Assembly (NCBI GenBank): GCA_965246725.1
Contig: CBDFFG010000006.1
Span: 232,800 to 296,799, forward strand
Origin: Asticcacaulis sp.
GTDB taxonomy: Bacteria > Pseudomonadota > Alphaproteobacteria > Caulobacterales > Caulobacteraceae
Length of the DNA: 64,000 bases
Direction: 5' to 3'
The translations under genes and the position numbers were made by a program. Below, one piece after another: positions 1 through 8,835 of the stretch (the stretch's first letter is position 1; the number at the start of each line of letters is the position of its first letter). The notes beneath the pieces were generated by a model that searched no databases, was not told where the DNA came from, and saw only the letters and a list, made by a program, of their open reading frames with translations.

Positions 1-79
1 ACCGAGGTTTGAGGCCGGCCTAAACTACGGCAGCGCGCTGTTTTTGCCCCTCATGCGGGCAGAGGAAGTACGGGCCTAA
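1..79 (+). CDS. Probable 3' end of a gene entering the window (partial)
   Basis: Frame starting at nt 2 reads PRFEAGLNYGSALFLPLMRAEEVRA to TAA at 77-79, just before the promoter of the next gene. Confidence 0.3.
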   Translation, partial: PRFEAGLNYGSALFLPLMRAEEVRA

Positions 80-89
80 TTCGCGCCAA

Positions 90-117
90 TTGACATATAT
101 CGTATACCGTATATCGT
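90..117 (+). promoter_or_regulatory. Putative sigma70-type promoter with operator-like spacer
   Basis: TTGACA (90-95), 16 nt, TATCGT (112-117); the spacer holds tandem CGTATA motifs; 33 nt upstream of the S10 peptidase ATG. Confidence 0.45.
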
Positions 118-150
118 TCTGATCGGTGTTCAAAACGGGATGGTGGGGCG

Positions 151-1650
151 ATGTGGCGGCAGATATGTGCAGCGGTAGTGCTTATGATGGCCTGTGCCGG
201 TGCGGTGCGCGCGGAGGACGTCTCGCCGACGGCCGTGGCGACGCATCACACGGTCATGAGTCATGGCAAGAGCCTTGCCTATACGGCGACGGCCGGGACG
301 CTGATCCTGCGCAATGATGATGGCAAGGCGACGGCCAGCGTATTCTACGTCGCCTATGTTGCCGATCAGCCGGCGGGAGCGGCAAAGCGGCCGCTGACCT
401 TCCTGTTCAATGGTGGGCCGGGTTCGGCCAGCCTGTGGTTGCATATGAGCGGATTGGGGCCGCGTTCGGTGGTGACGGCAAGTCCAAAGCCGACGGGGCC
501 GGCGCCCTACGATTTCGGGTCATCGGGCAATACGCTGCTCGACCGCAGCGACCTGGTGTTTGTCGACGCTGTCGGTACGGGTTATTCGCGTATCCTGCCC
601 GATGGCAACAGTGCCGATTTCTGGGGCGTGGACCAGGACGCCAATGCCTTTACCCAGTTCATCACCCGCTATCTGACGGTCACGCAGCGCTGGGGCTCGC
701 CGAAATACCTGTTTGGGGAATCGTACGGCACGACGCGGGCGGCGGCGCTGGCCTATCGGTTGCAGAATGTCGGGGTGCAGATCAACGGCGTCATGCTGTT
801 GTCGACTGTGCTCGACTTCGCGCCCAACCTGCCGGGGCAGGACCAGGGCTTTGTCAACCTGCTGCCGACCTACGCGGCGACGGCCTGGTATCATGGGCGG
901 GCGGTAAAGCAGCCCGCGGATTTTGCGGCCTTCCTCGATGCGGCGCGCGACTTTGCGCGGGGGCCTTATGCGGCTGCCCTGGCGCGTGGCGATGCCCTGC
1001 CGGCGGATGAGGAAGACGCGGTGGCGCAGAGGCTGTCACAGTTCACCGGCCTGTCGGTCGACTATCTGAAGCGGTGCAAGTTGCGCATCGATATGGAGTC
1101 GTTCCGCCGCGAGCTGCTGAAGGACCAGAATACGGTGACGGGGCGCTTCGATGCGCGATTTACGGCGCGGGATTCGTATCTGGCGGCCAGCGGGTCGTTC
1201 GACCCGGCAACCGACGATCCGGCGACGGCGGGTGTCAGCAGCGCCTATCTGTCGACCTTCCGCGACTATCTCGCCGGTGAGCTGGGCTACACGTCGGACC
1301 TGCCGTACAAGGCCCTGAACAATATGGTGGTTGAGCCGGCCTGGGACTGGCACCACAAGGCGCCCGGTTTTGACGAGCCGCTGACGACGGTGAATACGGC
1401 GCTCGATCTCGGTGCGGCCATCCGTGGTAACACGCAGCTGAAGGTGCTGTCGATGAACGGGCTGTTCGACCTGGCGACGCCGTTTTTCGGCACGGAGACG
1501 GTGTTGAGCCATATGCTGCTGACGCCTGAGCTGCGCGGCAATGTCAGCCTGAAATATTATCGCTCGGGTCATATGACCTACGGCGACCAGGAGGCGTTGA
1601 AGCAAATGACGGCGGATATTGATGCGTTTTACGACGCTACATCACGTTAA
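151..1650 (+). CDS. Serine carboxypeptidase, peptidase S10 family, secreted
   Basis: Signal peptide; NGGPGSAS, D-x-VGTGYS and GESYG nucleophile motifs; C-terminal SGHM catalytic His. Confidence 0.93.
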   Translation: MWRQICAAVVLMMACAGAVRAEDVSPTAVATHHTVMSHGKSLAYTATAGTLILRNDDGKATASVFYVAYVADQPAGAAKRPLTFLFNGGPGSASLWLHMSGLGPRSVVTASPKPTGPAPYDFGSSGNTLLDRSDLVFVDAVGTGYSRILPDGNSADFWGVDQDANAFTQFITRYLTVTQRWGSPKYLFGESYGTTRAAALAYRLQNVGVQINGVMLLSTVLDFAPNLPGQDQGFVNLLPTYAATAWYHGRAVKQPADFAAFLDAARDFARGPYAAALARGDALPADEEDAVAQRLSQFTGLSVDYLKRCKLRIDMESFRRELLKDQNTVTGRFDARFTARDSYLAASGSFDPATDDPATAGVSSAYLSTFRDYLAGELGYTSDLPYKALNNMVVEPAWDWHHKAPGFDEPLTTVNTALDLGAAIRGNTQLKVLSMNGLFDLATPFFGTETVLSHMLLTPELRGNVSLKYYRSGHMTYGDQEALKQMTADIDAFYDATSR

Positions 1651-1717
1651 AACAGGCGTATTAAAATATTTTATTTCAATGGCTTGAGTGAATATGCTTA
1701 ACGTATAACGTAAGTTA

Positions 1718-2941
1718 TTACGTATTGTGTGAGTCTGATAAAATCATAGCTGTAACCTGGCCTTGCGTCTGCTCCGCAGCATATGGGAGGCGGTGGATAA
1801 GGGCGTTGGAACGGACGAGAGAACTGACCAGGGAGGAGTCCTGAGCGGCTAGGGGCGTGACCTGACCGTCGTGTATATTGGCGAGCAGGAAGGTCTCGCG
1901 CCGTCCATTGGCGGCGAGGTCGCAGGTGAGGCGGGCCGCGGCCGGCATGGTTTCGGGAAGATCGAGGGCGCGCTCGATGATAGCTTTCAGGAACAGGTGC
2001 GCGGCGACGAAGGCAGCTGACGGGTTGCCAGGCAGGCCCAGAACGGCGGTGCCATCGGACAGGTGGCCGAACCATACCGGCTTGCCGGGTTTCATATGGA
2101 CGCTGGAGAAGGCGAGGGTAATGCCACGCGTGGCCAGGCCGGATTTGACGCAGTCGTAATCGCCTTTCGAGGCGCCGCCAATGATGACGATCAGATCGGC
2201 TGTGACGCTCTGCAGAGTTTCGGCGATGCTTTCGGGCGTATCGGAGGCGATGCCCAGGAAACGGGAACGGCCGCCCCATTGGGTGACCAGACCGGCGATG
2301 GCGGGGGACATGGCTTCGAAGATCTGGTCGTCGTGGGCAGGCTGTCCAGGTGCAGCCAGTTCATTGCCGGTGCACAGGATAGCGACCTGCGGCCGGCGCC
2401 GGACGCTGACCGTGGCGTGACCGGTGGCGGCGGCCACGGCGAGGGCGCCCGGTGTGAGCCGTGAGCCGGCCCTCAGTACGACGTCTCCCGATCGGAAGTC
2501 CTGACCTTGCGGGCGGATATTGCGTTTGTCGGCGTCCGACCCCAGCCAGTAGAGGCGGTCGCCGTCGGGGCGGATATGTTCCTGCATGATAATGCGCGTG
2601 GCGCCGGGCGGTATGACGCCGCCGGTAAAGATACGTACGGCTTCGGCGGTGGAGACCGCGCCACGGAAACGGCGGCCAGCGACGCTTTCGCCGATAAGGG
2701 TAAACGGACCCGGACCGTCGGCGACGGCATAACCGTCCATGGCCGAGGCCGGGAAGGGCGGCTGGTCACGTGTGGCGGTGACGGGCTTGGCGAGGATCCG
2801 GTCGTGCGCCCGGGAAAGGGGGGCAGCTTGTACGTCCATGCGTGGCGCCCCGGTACGGACCCGTTCGAGGGCGATGGTGACGGAGACAGTTTTGCCGCTG
2901 GTATCGGTGGCGCAGTCGGTGTCCGTGCGATCGATCTTCAT
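1718..2941 (-). CDS. moeA: Molybdopterin molybdotransferase MoeA
   Basis: PPFPASAMDGYA, RIFTGG, TGNEL, GGASKGDYD, KPGKP and GLPGNP motifs. Confidence 0.92.
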   Translation of the reverse strand: MKIDRTDTDCATDTSGKTVSVTIALERVRTGAPRMDVQAAPLSRAHDRILAKPVTATRDQPPFPASAMDGYAVADGPGPFTLIGESVAGRRFRGAVSTAEAVRIFTGGVIPPGATRIIMQEHIRPDGDRLYWLGSDADKRNIRPQGQDFRSGDVVLRAGSRLTPGALAVAAATGHATVSVRRRPQVAILCTGNELAAPGQPAHDDQIFEAMSPAIAGLVTQWGGRSRFLGIASDTPESIAETLQSVTADLIVIIGGASKGDYDCVKSGLATRGITLAFSSVHMKPGKPVWFGHLSDGTAVLGLPGNPSAAFVAAHLFLKAIIERALDLPETMPAAARLTCDLAANGRRETFLLANIHDGQVTPLAAQDSSLVSSLVRSNALIHRLPYAAEQTQGQVTAMILSDSHNT

Positions 2942-2964
2942 GTGCCGTGTCTCCGGGGGGTACG

Positions 2965-3019
2965 AAAAAAGCCGCCATCATCCAGGTCCTGTTGGCAGGA
3001 TCGGGGTGATGGCGGCTTT
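2965..3019 (-). terminator. Intrinsic terminator/attenuator-like hairpin in the moeA leader
   Basis: 13-bp inverted repeat AAAGCCGCCATCA/TGATGGCGGCTTT ending in U6 on the minus strand, about 24 nt before the moeA ATG. Confidence 0.65.
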
Positions 3020-3117
3020 GCCATTAGCTTGCACGCGAGACGCCCTTGCCCCGCGGGTGTGGAGGGTATGGGATCGGAGGGGGTTGGGCAAGGGGTTTGT
3101 TCGTTTACGCGTTAAAC

Positions 3118-3220
3118 AAGAAACCCCACCACATGAGCCCAAGGGGGCTCGCGGTCCCATGGCAGGCGAAGGCTATACCTTCGCCTGCGCCGAACCCCGA
3201 TCAAGTCGGGGAGGTATAAA
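3118..3220 (+). repeat. Intergenic repeat family A, copy 1
   Basis: AAGAAACCCCACC...GCGGTCCCATGGCAGGCGAAGGCTATACCTTCGC; matches the copies at 25362 and 54731. Confidence 0.85.
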
Positions 3221-3229
3221 AACAACGGC

Positions 3230-3946
3230 TTATCGTTGAAGCAGGCGTTCGTAGAAGCCACCGAAGGCGCCGTCGGGGGAGACGAGGTGGATTTCGCCGA
3301 TCCAGTGGCGGACCTGGCCATTGCCGTCGGGATTGCGCATGCGTGTCGGATTGGACGGGCGGATATGGTGGTGCTGCTTGAAGCCGGGCAGGCGGGCATG
3401 TGGGAATTCCGCGACGATATGGCCGGCGATCTTGCCGCCGAACCGCCAGCCGGCGGCCTCTGCGGAGGTAACCGCGAAGGCATAGAGCCCGGCGCCGGTA
3501 ATGTCCGGATGGGCTTCGAAATGGGCCTGTAGCTTGTCGAACTGACGCGGCAGTTCGGCGACCAGGGCGTGTTTGACCGGGTCGCTGCCGATGGCGTAGC
3601 TGCGGCCGACATCGGCCTCCCAATCGGAAAAGACGGGGCCGACATCGATAAAGACGATATCGTCCTCAGCGATCGTGAGGATCGGCGGATTGTCGGCGAA
3701 GTCGCACAGGGTGTTGGCCCCGGCGCGGACAATGCGTTTGTGCCAGTGTTTTTCGACGCCGAAATCGCGTTCGGCAATGGCGAAGATGGCCTTGTCGAGC
3801 TCACGCTCGGTGCGACCCGGGGTGATCAGGCCGGCGGCTTCGATGGCGTCGAGCAGGGCCAGGGCGCGGTCTTCGGCGCGGGCCAGTTCGGCCAGGCGCC
3901 TATCTTCTTTGCGCAGGTCACTGGCTTCATCGATCAGGTCTGTCAT
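3230..3946 (-). CDS. M24 family metallopeptidase (Xaa-Pro/Met aminopeptidase-like, catalytic domain only)
   Basis: DIVFIDVG, EADVGRS, AGHIVAEFPH, IGE and FYE metal-ligand motifs. Confidence 0.85.
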   Translation of the reverse strand: MTDLIDEASDLRKEDRRLAELARAEDRALALLDAIEAAGLITPGRTERELDKAIFAIAERDFGVEKHWHKRIVRAGANTLCDFADNPPILTIAEDDIVFIDVGPVFSDWEADVGRSYAIGSDPVKHALVAELPRQFDKLQAHFEAHPDITGAGLYAFAVTSAEAAGWRFGGKIAGHIVAEFPHARLPGFKQHHHIRPSNPTRMRNPDGNGQVRHWIGEIHLVSPDGAFGGFYERLLQR

Positions 3947-4293
3947 ACCGCATCCGCCTTGACATAGACCCAGGCGTTGATGCCGGACGCGAGGAGGACT
4001 TCGATACGTCTGTAGTCGGAAACTTCGTAGCTGTCTGCGGCGGTCAGTTCTGCGGGCGTGATGGCGAAGACCTTGCCGACTACGCGATCGTCGTCCTTGT
4101 CCGAGCGCACGACGACGGGGTGGAAACGTTCGCCGCTGGTGCGCAGCACCTCCGGGTCGGTGATTTCCAGCATCTCGGTGCGGTAACCCGGCATGGCGTC
4201 GGCCTGGCCATCCAGCAGGCGGCCGAAGGTGGCTTGCTGCACACTGTCGAGTTGCAGGGTGCCATAGGAGAAGAGGCGGATTGAGGTGTCCAT
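3943..4293 (-). CDS. Gamma-glutamylcyclotransferase (AIG2-like) family protein
   Basis: LFSYGTL start, ADSYE...YRR, AWVYV; 4-nt overlap with the downstream peptidase. Confidence 0.88.
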   Translation of the reverse strand: MDTSIRLFSYGTLQLDSVQQATFGRLLDGQADAMPGYRTEMLEITDPEVLRTSGERFHPVVVRSDKDDDRVVGKVFAITPAELTAADSYEVSDYRRIEVLLASGINAWVYVKADAV

Positions 4294-4390
4294 GCTTCGT
4301 TCCTACAGGCTTTGCCTGCGGCGCGTAAAGGTCTCTGTGTGATCACAATATGTGAAGGTTATCGGTCGCGGTTTTTGCCGGGCGCATACG

Positions 4391-4422
4391 AAAACTCCCC
4401 CGGTCACGGGGACCGGGGGAGT
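4391..4422 (-). terminator. Rho-independent terminator of the RTX gene
   Basis: ACTCCCCCGGTC/GACCGGGGGAGT stem with a U-run on the minus strand, about 35 nt after the stop. Confidence 0.75.
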
Positions 4423-4456
4423 GCCTTGTAGCGACAGGTTCCTGGGGAACCTGCTT

Positions 4457-6244
4457 TTAGACGAAGTGCAGGTCGTCGGCCGTGAGGGTCGGCGTGCCGG
4501 CAAAGACGGCGATGGCGATGGCGGCGTCGCTGCCGCTGCCGTCGTGGTCGTAGTAGAGGGTGTGGCTGGCATCGTCCCAGATGAACTGGGCGGTGGCGCC
4601 GACGGCGGCGGTGCCGACGGTGAACTCGGCCGCGGTCAGGGTGTGATTGGCGGCGAAGCCGTAGTCGGTGTGGTTGAAGACCAGGCGATCGGTACCGTGG
4701 ACGAAGTCCTGGATGGTGTCGGTGCCGTTGGCGGCCGCGGCGATGAAGACGAAGCTGTCGGCGCCGTCGCCGCCGGTCAGGGTGTCGTTGCCCGCGCCGC
4801 CGGTGAGGGTGTTGTTGGCTACGTTGCCGCTGAGGATATTGTCGGCGGCATTGCCGGTTGCGCTGAGATTGGCGGTGCCGCTGAGATAGATGTTTTCGAC
4901 ATTGACGAGGGCGGCCAGCGAGAAGCTGATCGACGAGCGTACGCTGTCATTGCCGGCATTGGCGGCTTCGGTGACCGTGTCGAGCGTGCTGTTGACGAAG
5001 TAGGTGTCGTCGCCGGCGCCGCCGGCCATCTTGTCGTTGCCTGCGCCGCCATCCAGGGTGTCGTCGCCGGAATCGCCGAAGAGGGTGTCGTTGCCGGTGC
5101 CGCCGATGATGTAGTCGTTGCCGTCGTTGCCGGACAGGAAGTCGTTGCCGGCGCCGCCGTCGATGGTATCGCCGCCGGAGCCGCCCAGGATGATGTTGGC
5201 GCCCGCGTTACCGACGATCTTGTTGTCGAGGTCGTTGCCGGTCGCGGTGAGGTCTGCGGAGCCGAGGAGGTAGAGCACTTCGACGCCGGCAGCCTGGTCC
5301 ATTTCGTAGCTGACCGAGGAGTCGATGCGATCGATGCCTTCGCCGGGGTTTTCGATGATGACGTCGAGCGCATCGTCGATACGGTACAGGTCGTCACCGG
5401 TGCCGCCGATCAGGGTGTCCTGGCCGGTGCTGCCGATCAGGGTGTCGTTACCATCGCCGCCAACCAGGCTGTCGTCGTTGATGCCGCCGACCAGGCTGTC
5501 ATTGCCGGCGCCGCCGATCAGGGTATCATAGCCGGTGCCGCCGATCAGGGTATCGTTGCCGTCGCCGCCTTCCAGGCTGTCATTGCCGGCGTCGCCGCTC
5601 AGGCTGTCGTCGCCTGCGCCACCGCTAAGGGCGTCGTTGCCGTTGCCGCCGCTCAGCTTGTCACTGCCGTCGCCGCCCAGCAGGATGTCGTTGCCATCGC
5701 CACCGCTCAGGGTGTCGTTGCCGGCGCCGCCGTCCAGCAGGTTGTCGCCGATATTGCCACGGATGACGTTGTTGAGGGCGTTGCCGAAGCCGCTGTTGCC
5801 GGCGGTCCCGGTCAGGGTAAGGTTTTCAAGGAAATCGCCCAGCGTCCAGGTCACGCCGGACAGGACCAGGTCGATGGCGCCGTCGTCGATTAGGGTGCCA
5901 CCGAAGGTTTCGTCGATCGTGTCGCTGATATTGTCGACTATGTAGGTGTCGCTGCCATGACCGCCCGACAGGACGTCGGCACCCGTGCCGCCGTCGAGGA
6001 CATCGTTGCCGTCGCCACCGAACAGATGATCGTTTCCGGCCCCGCCGCGCAGGGTGTCCGCATTGGCGCTGCCGATGAGGCTGTCGTCGCCGGCACCGCC
6101 GGCGATCGTGACGCCGGCCGCGCCTGCGGCCACGCCCGAAGCATCGACCGTGTCGTTGCCGGTCAGGGCATCGACCGACACGCCGCCGGTCGTAATGAAG
6201 ATGGAGTCGTCGCCCTTGCTGGGAACGGAAGAGGTTGGGATCAT
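4457..6244 (-). CDS. RTX (hemolysin-type Ca-binding repeat) protein, putative type I secretion substrate
   Basis: Many GGxGxDxLx nonapeptides, no signal peptide, C-terminal DTIQDF...LYYDHDGSG...DLHFV domain. Confidence 0.9.
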   Translation of the reverse strand: MIPTSSVPSKGDDSIFITTGGVSVDALTGNDTVDASGVAAGAAGVTIAGGAGDDSLIGSANADTLRGGAGNDHLFGGDGNDVLDGGTGADVLSGGHGSDTYIVDNISDTIDETFGGTLIDDGAIDLVLSGVTWTLGDFLENLTLTGTAGNSGFGNALNNVIRGNIGDNLLDGGAGNDTLSGGDGNDILLGGDGSDKLSGGNGNDALSGGAGDDSLSGDAGNDSLEGGDGNDTLIGGTGYDTLIGGAGNDSLVGGINDDSLVGGDGNDTLIGSTGQDTLIGGTGDDLYRIDDALDVIIENPGEGIDRIDSSVSYEMDQAAGVEVLYLLGSADLTATGNDLDNKIVGNAGANIILGGSGGDTIDGGAGNDFLSGNDGNDYIIGGTGNDTLFGDSGDDTLDGGAGNDKMAGGAGDDTYFVNSTLDTVTEAANAGNDSVRSSISFSLAALVNVENIYLSGTANLSATGNAADNILSGNVANNTLTGGAGNDTLTGGDGADSFVFIAAAANGTDTIQDFVHGTDRLVFNHTDYGFAANHTLTAAEFTVGTAAVGATAQFIWDDASHTLYYDHDGSGSDAAIAIAVFAGTPTLTADDLHFV

Positions 6245-6359
6245 GATTTCCCCCTAAGGAAAAGTGTTTTTATATCAACGCGCTACTAATATGAGGGGGA
6301 TCGATATGTGCACTTGTGCGCGTTCTTTTCCCCCATGCGAACCTTAATGGTCGATACGG

Positions 6360-6375
6360 CTAATAATTGGTTAAC
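6360..6375. promoter_or_regulatory. Near-consensus CtrA-type site
   Basis: CTAA-N7-TTAAC, one mismatch to TTAA-N7-TTAAC, about 115 nt upstream of the RTX start. Confidence 0.35.
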
Positions 6376-6393
6376 GGGGTGGTGGTCGTCTCT

Positions 6394-6549
6394 TCAGCCG
6401 AAGGTGAAGGCATAGGCGCTGACGCCCGGGTCGAAGAAGCGAATTTCGGAAGTGTGGTCGGCGCCCTCGTCCTGCTGGCGGATCAGTTGATAAAGACGGT
6501 AGTCGGAAACCGTGCCATTGCCGTTTACATCGGTGTCGGTGACTGGGTC
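6394..6549 (-). pseudogene. dipZ: 3' remnant of a DipZ-like (cytochrome c biogenesis/thioredoxin) gene
   Basis: Minus strand reads DTDVNGNGTVSDYRLYQLIRQQ...HTSEIRFFDPGVSAYAFTFG-stop, the characteristic DipZ C-terminus; no start codon. Confidence 0.75.
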
Positions 6550-6982
6550 TGATTCTAAAGCGCATCCGTAAAAGAGCAGACCTCGCCGCGCGTTTCGATC
6601 TCCTGGAAAGCCTGCCCGGCATCGGCCAGGTCGTGGCGGCAGTTTTGGTGGTTAGGATGCCTGAGCCGGGCACCCTAAAGCCTGGTCAAGCATCTGCCCT
6701 GCTGGGTGTTGCGCCCTTCGACCGAGACTCTGGCGCCATGAAAGGAATGCGTTTCGTCACCGGAGGCCGGGAAAGACCCAGGATTTTCGTCTACATGGCC
6801 GCTTTCGCAGCCAAGCGGATGAGCGGACCGTTTAAAGAGTTCGCCGACAGACTATTGGCTGCAGGAAAGCCTCCGAAGGTCGCTATCGTCGCCGTCATGC
6901 GAAAGCTAATCGAAGCCACTAATCTCGTTCTCAAAAGACAAGCACCCTGGGTCAAAAAACCGGCTTGATCCACATGGTTGCT
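6549..6982 (+). mobile_element. IS110-family transposase remnant (C-terminal domain plus right end)
   Basis: LESLPGIGQVVAA, LLGVAPFDRDSG, GGR...YMAA and GKPPKVAIVAVMRKL motifs; stop at 6968; N-terminal RuvC-like DEDD half absent. Confidence 0.88.
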
Positions 6983-7024
6983 CCCCATCTGTCGATGGGG
7001 CGGATGGAGTTTGGCTGCTCTCTT

Positions 7025-7936
7025 TCAGTCTTGCAAAGGGTTGTCGGCGAGGTCGGCGACCATGTGGTCGATAAAGGCGCGGACGCGGTGGGGCAGGTGG
7101 CCGCCGCCGACATAGACGGCGTGGATCAGTTCGAGGTCACCAGGATTGTGGTCTTCGAGTATGGGGACCAGCCGGCCGGCGGCAATATCGTCGGCGACAT
7201 GCCAGTGGCCCGTGCGGGCAATGCCGAGGCCGGCCAGGGCCATCTGGCGCAGGGTGGTGCCGTTATTGACCAAGCAGTTGCCGGAGACCGGCAGCGCGAT
7301 CTCCTCGCCGGCGACGACAAAGGGCCAGGGCGTGCCGGTGCGGCGGAAGGTAAAACCCAGGCAGTTGTGGCGGTCGAGTTCGGCGGGTAGCTGTGGTGTG
7401 CCATGGGCAGCCAGATAGGCGGGAGCCGCGCAGACGATGCGACGGCTGTGGCCGAGGCGGCGGGCCATCAGGGCGCTGTCGGGCAGGGCGCCGACGCGGA
7501 TGGCGATATCGGCCTTCTGCGCCACCAGGTCGACAATGTCGTCGGTAAAGCTGAGGTCGACCGTGACGTCGGGATGGCGGGCCAGGAAGGCGGGAATGGC
7601 GGGGGCGACGCGAGCCGTGCCGAATGGCAGGGAGGCGTTTATGCGCAGCCGGCCGCGTACGGCGCCGGCGGAGGCAGCCTGGTCGGCGGCGTTGAGATCC
7701 TGTAGGACACGGGTGGCGGCGCGGTAATAGGCGTCGCCCTCCTCGGTCAGGGTCAGGGCGCGGGTGGTGCGCACCAGCAGGCGGGCGCCGAGGCGATCCT
7801 CGAGGCGGGCGATCAGCTTGCTGACGGCTGAGGGTGTCAGGTCGAGGCTGCGGGCGGCGGCGGAAAATCCGCCCTCCTGCACGACGCGGGCAAAGACCTC
7901 CATCTCGCCGGAGCGTTCCATCAGTATGCGTGGCAT
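7025..7936 (-). CDS. LysR family transcriptional regulator (CrgA-like)
   Basis: FARVVQEGGFSAAARSL...SAVSKLIARLEDRLGARLLVRTTR HTH; divergent from the SDR; start taken at MPRILMER. Confidence 0.93.
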   Translation of the reverse strand: MPRILMERSGEMEVFARVVQEGGFSAAARSLDLTPSAVSKLIARLEDRLGARLLVRTTRALTLTEEGDAYYRAATRVLQDLNAADQAASAGAVRGRLRINASLPFGTARVAPAIPAFLARHPDVTVDLSFTDDIVDLVAQKADIAIRVGALPDSALMARRLGHSRRIVCAAPAYLAAHGTPQLPAELDRHNCLGFTFRRTGTPWPFVVAGEEIALPVSGNCLVNNGTTLRQMALAGLGIARTGHWHVADDIAAGRLVPILEDHNPGDLELIHAVYVGGGHLPHRVRAFIDHMVADLADNPLQD

Positions 7937-8036
7937 TGATGATCCTAATTCACAGCTGTTGTTCGTCTTGTGGCAATAGTGGCCGCATGACGCAAGTCCT
8001 ATCTGCCTGTCATCAGACACACGATGGAGTGCGGAC

Positions 8037-8831
8037 ATGGATATGCAATTGACGGGCAAGACGGCGCTGGTGACGGGCGCCACGGCGGGAATCGGGCTCG
8101 AGATCGCCCGCGGACTGGCGGCGGAGGGGACGCGCGTCGTCCTGGCCGGGCGCAGCCGCGACAAGATCGACCAGGCGATCGCTGAGATAGGCAACGGTGC
8201 GCTGGTCGGTATCGTCGCCGATGTGGCGACGGCCGAGGGCGCCGATCATCTCATTGCCGAACTGGCGGAGCGGGGGATCGGCATCGATATCCTGGTCAAC
8301 AATCTCGGCATCTATGAGAGCAAGGCGTTTACCGACATCAGCGATAGCGACTGGGCGCGCTATTTCGACGTCAATGTGATGAGTGGCGTGCGCCTGGCGC
8401 GGGCCTATTTCCCGGCAATGCTGGAGCAGAACTGGGGCCGGGTGATCTTCGTGTCGAGTGAGACCGGTCTGGCGCCGGCGGGGGACATGATCCACTACGC
8501 CATGACCAAGACGGCGCAGCTGTCGATCGCGCGCGGCCTGGCGCAACTGACCAAGGGCAGCAAGGTTACGGTTAATTCGGTCCTGCCGGGCCCGACGCGG
8601 TCGGAAGGCATTATCGACTTCCTGCGTTCGGTCGCCAGCGACCCGACGGCGTCGCCCGAGGCGCTCGAGGCGGGGTTCTTTGCCAAGGACCGGCCGGCAT
8701 CGCTGATCCAGCGCATGACTGATCCGGCGGAGGTGGCCAATCTGGTGACCTATCTGGCCAGTCCGCGGTCGTCGGCAACCAATGGAGCGGCGGTGCGAGT
8801 CGATGGCGGGCTGGTCACGACGATTGCGTAA
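8037..8831 (+). CDS. Short-chain dehydrogenase/reductase
   Basis: TGATAGIG, NNLG, YAMTK (YxxxK) and VDGG motifs. Confidence 0.95.
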   Translation: MDMQLTGKTALVTGATAGIGLEIARGLAAEGTRVVLAGRSRDKIDQAIAEIGNGALVGIVADVATAEGADHLIAELAERGIGIDILVNNLGIYESKAFTDISDSDWARYFDVNVMSGVRLARAYFPAMLEQNWGRVIFVSSETGLAPAGDMIHYAMTKTAQLSIARGLAQLTKGSKVTVNSVLPGPTRSEGIIDFLRSVASDPTASPEALEAGFFAKDRPASLIQRMTDPAEVANLVTYLASPRSSATNGAAVRVDGGLVTTIA

Positions 8832-8835
8832 GGGG

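Noticed and set aside
2990-3110. Moco or SAM-II riboswitch upstream of moeA
   Set aside because: Only short coincidental words match; the consensus helices could not be built by eye.
4352-5893. Long antisense ORFs opposite RTX and other genes (also 34081-35352, 20448-22277, 59734-61098)
   Set aside because: Shadow frames produced by GC3 bias and repeats; the opposite strand carries the recognisable motifs.
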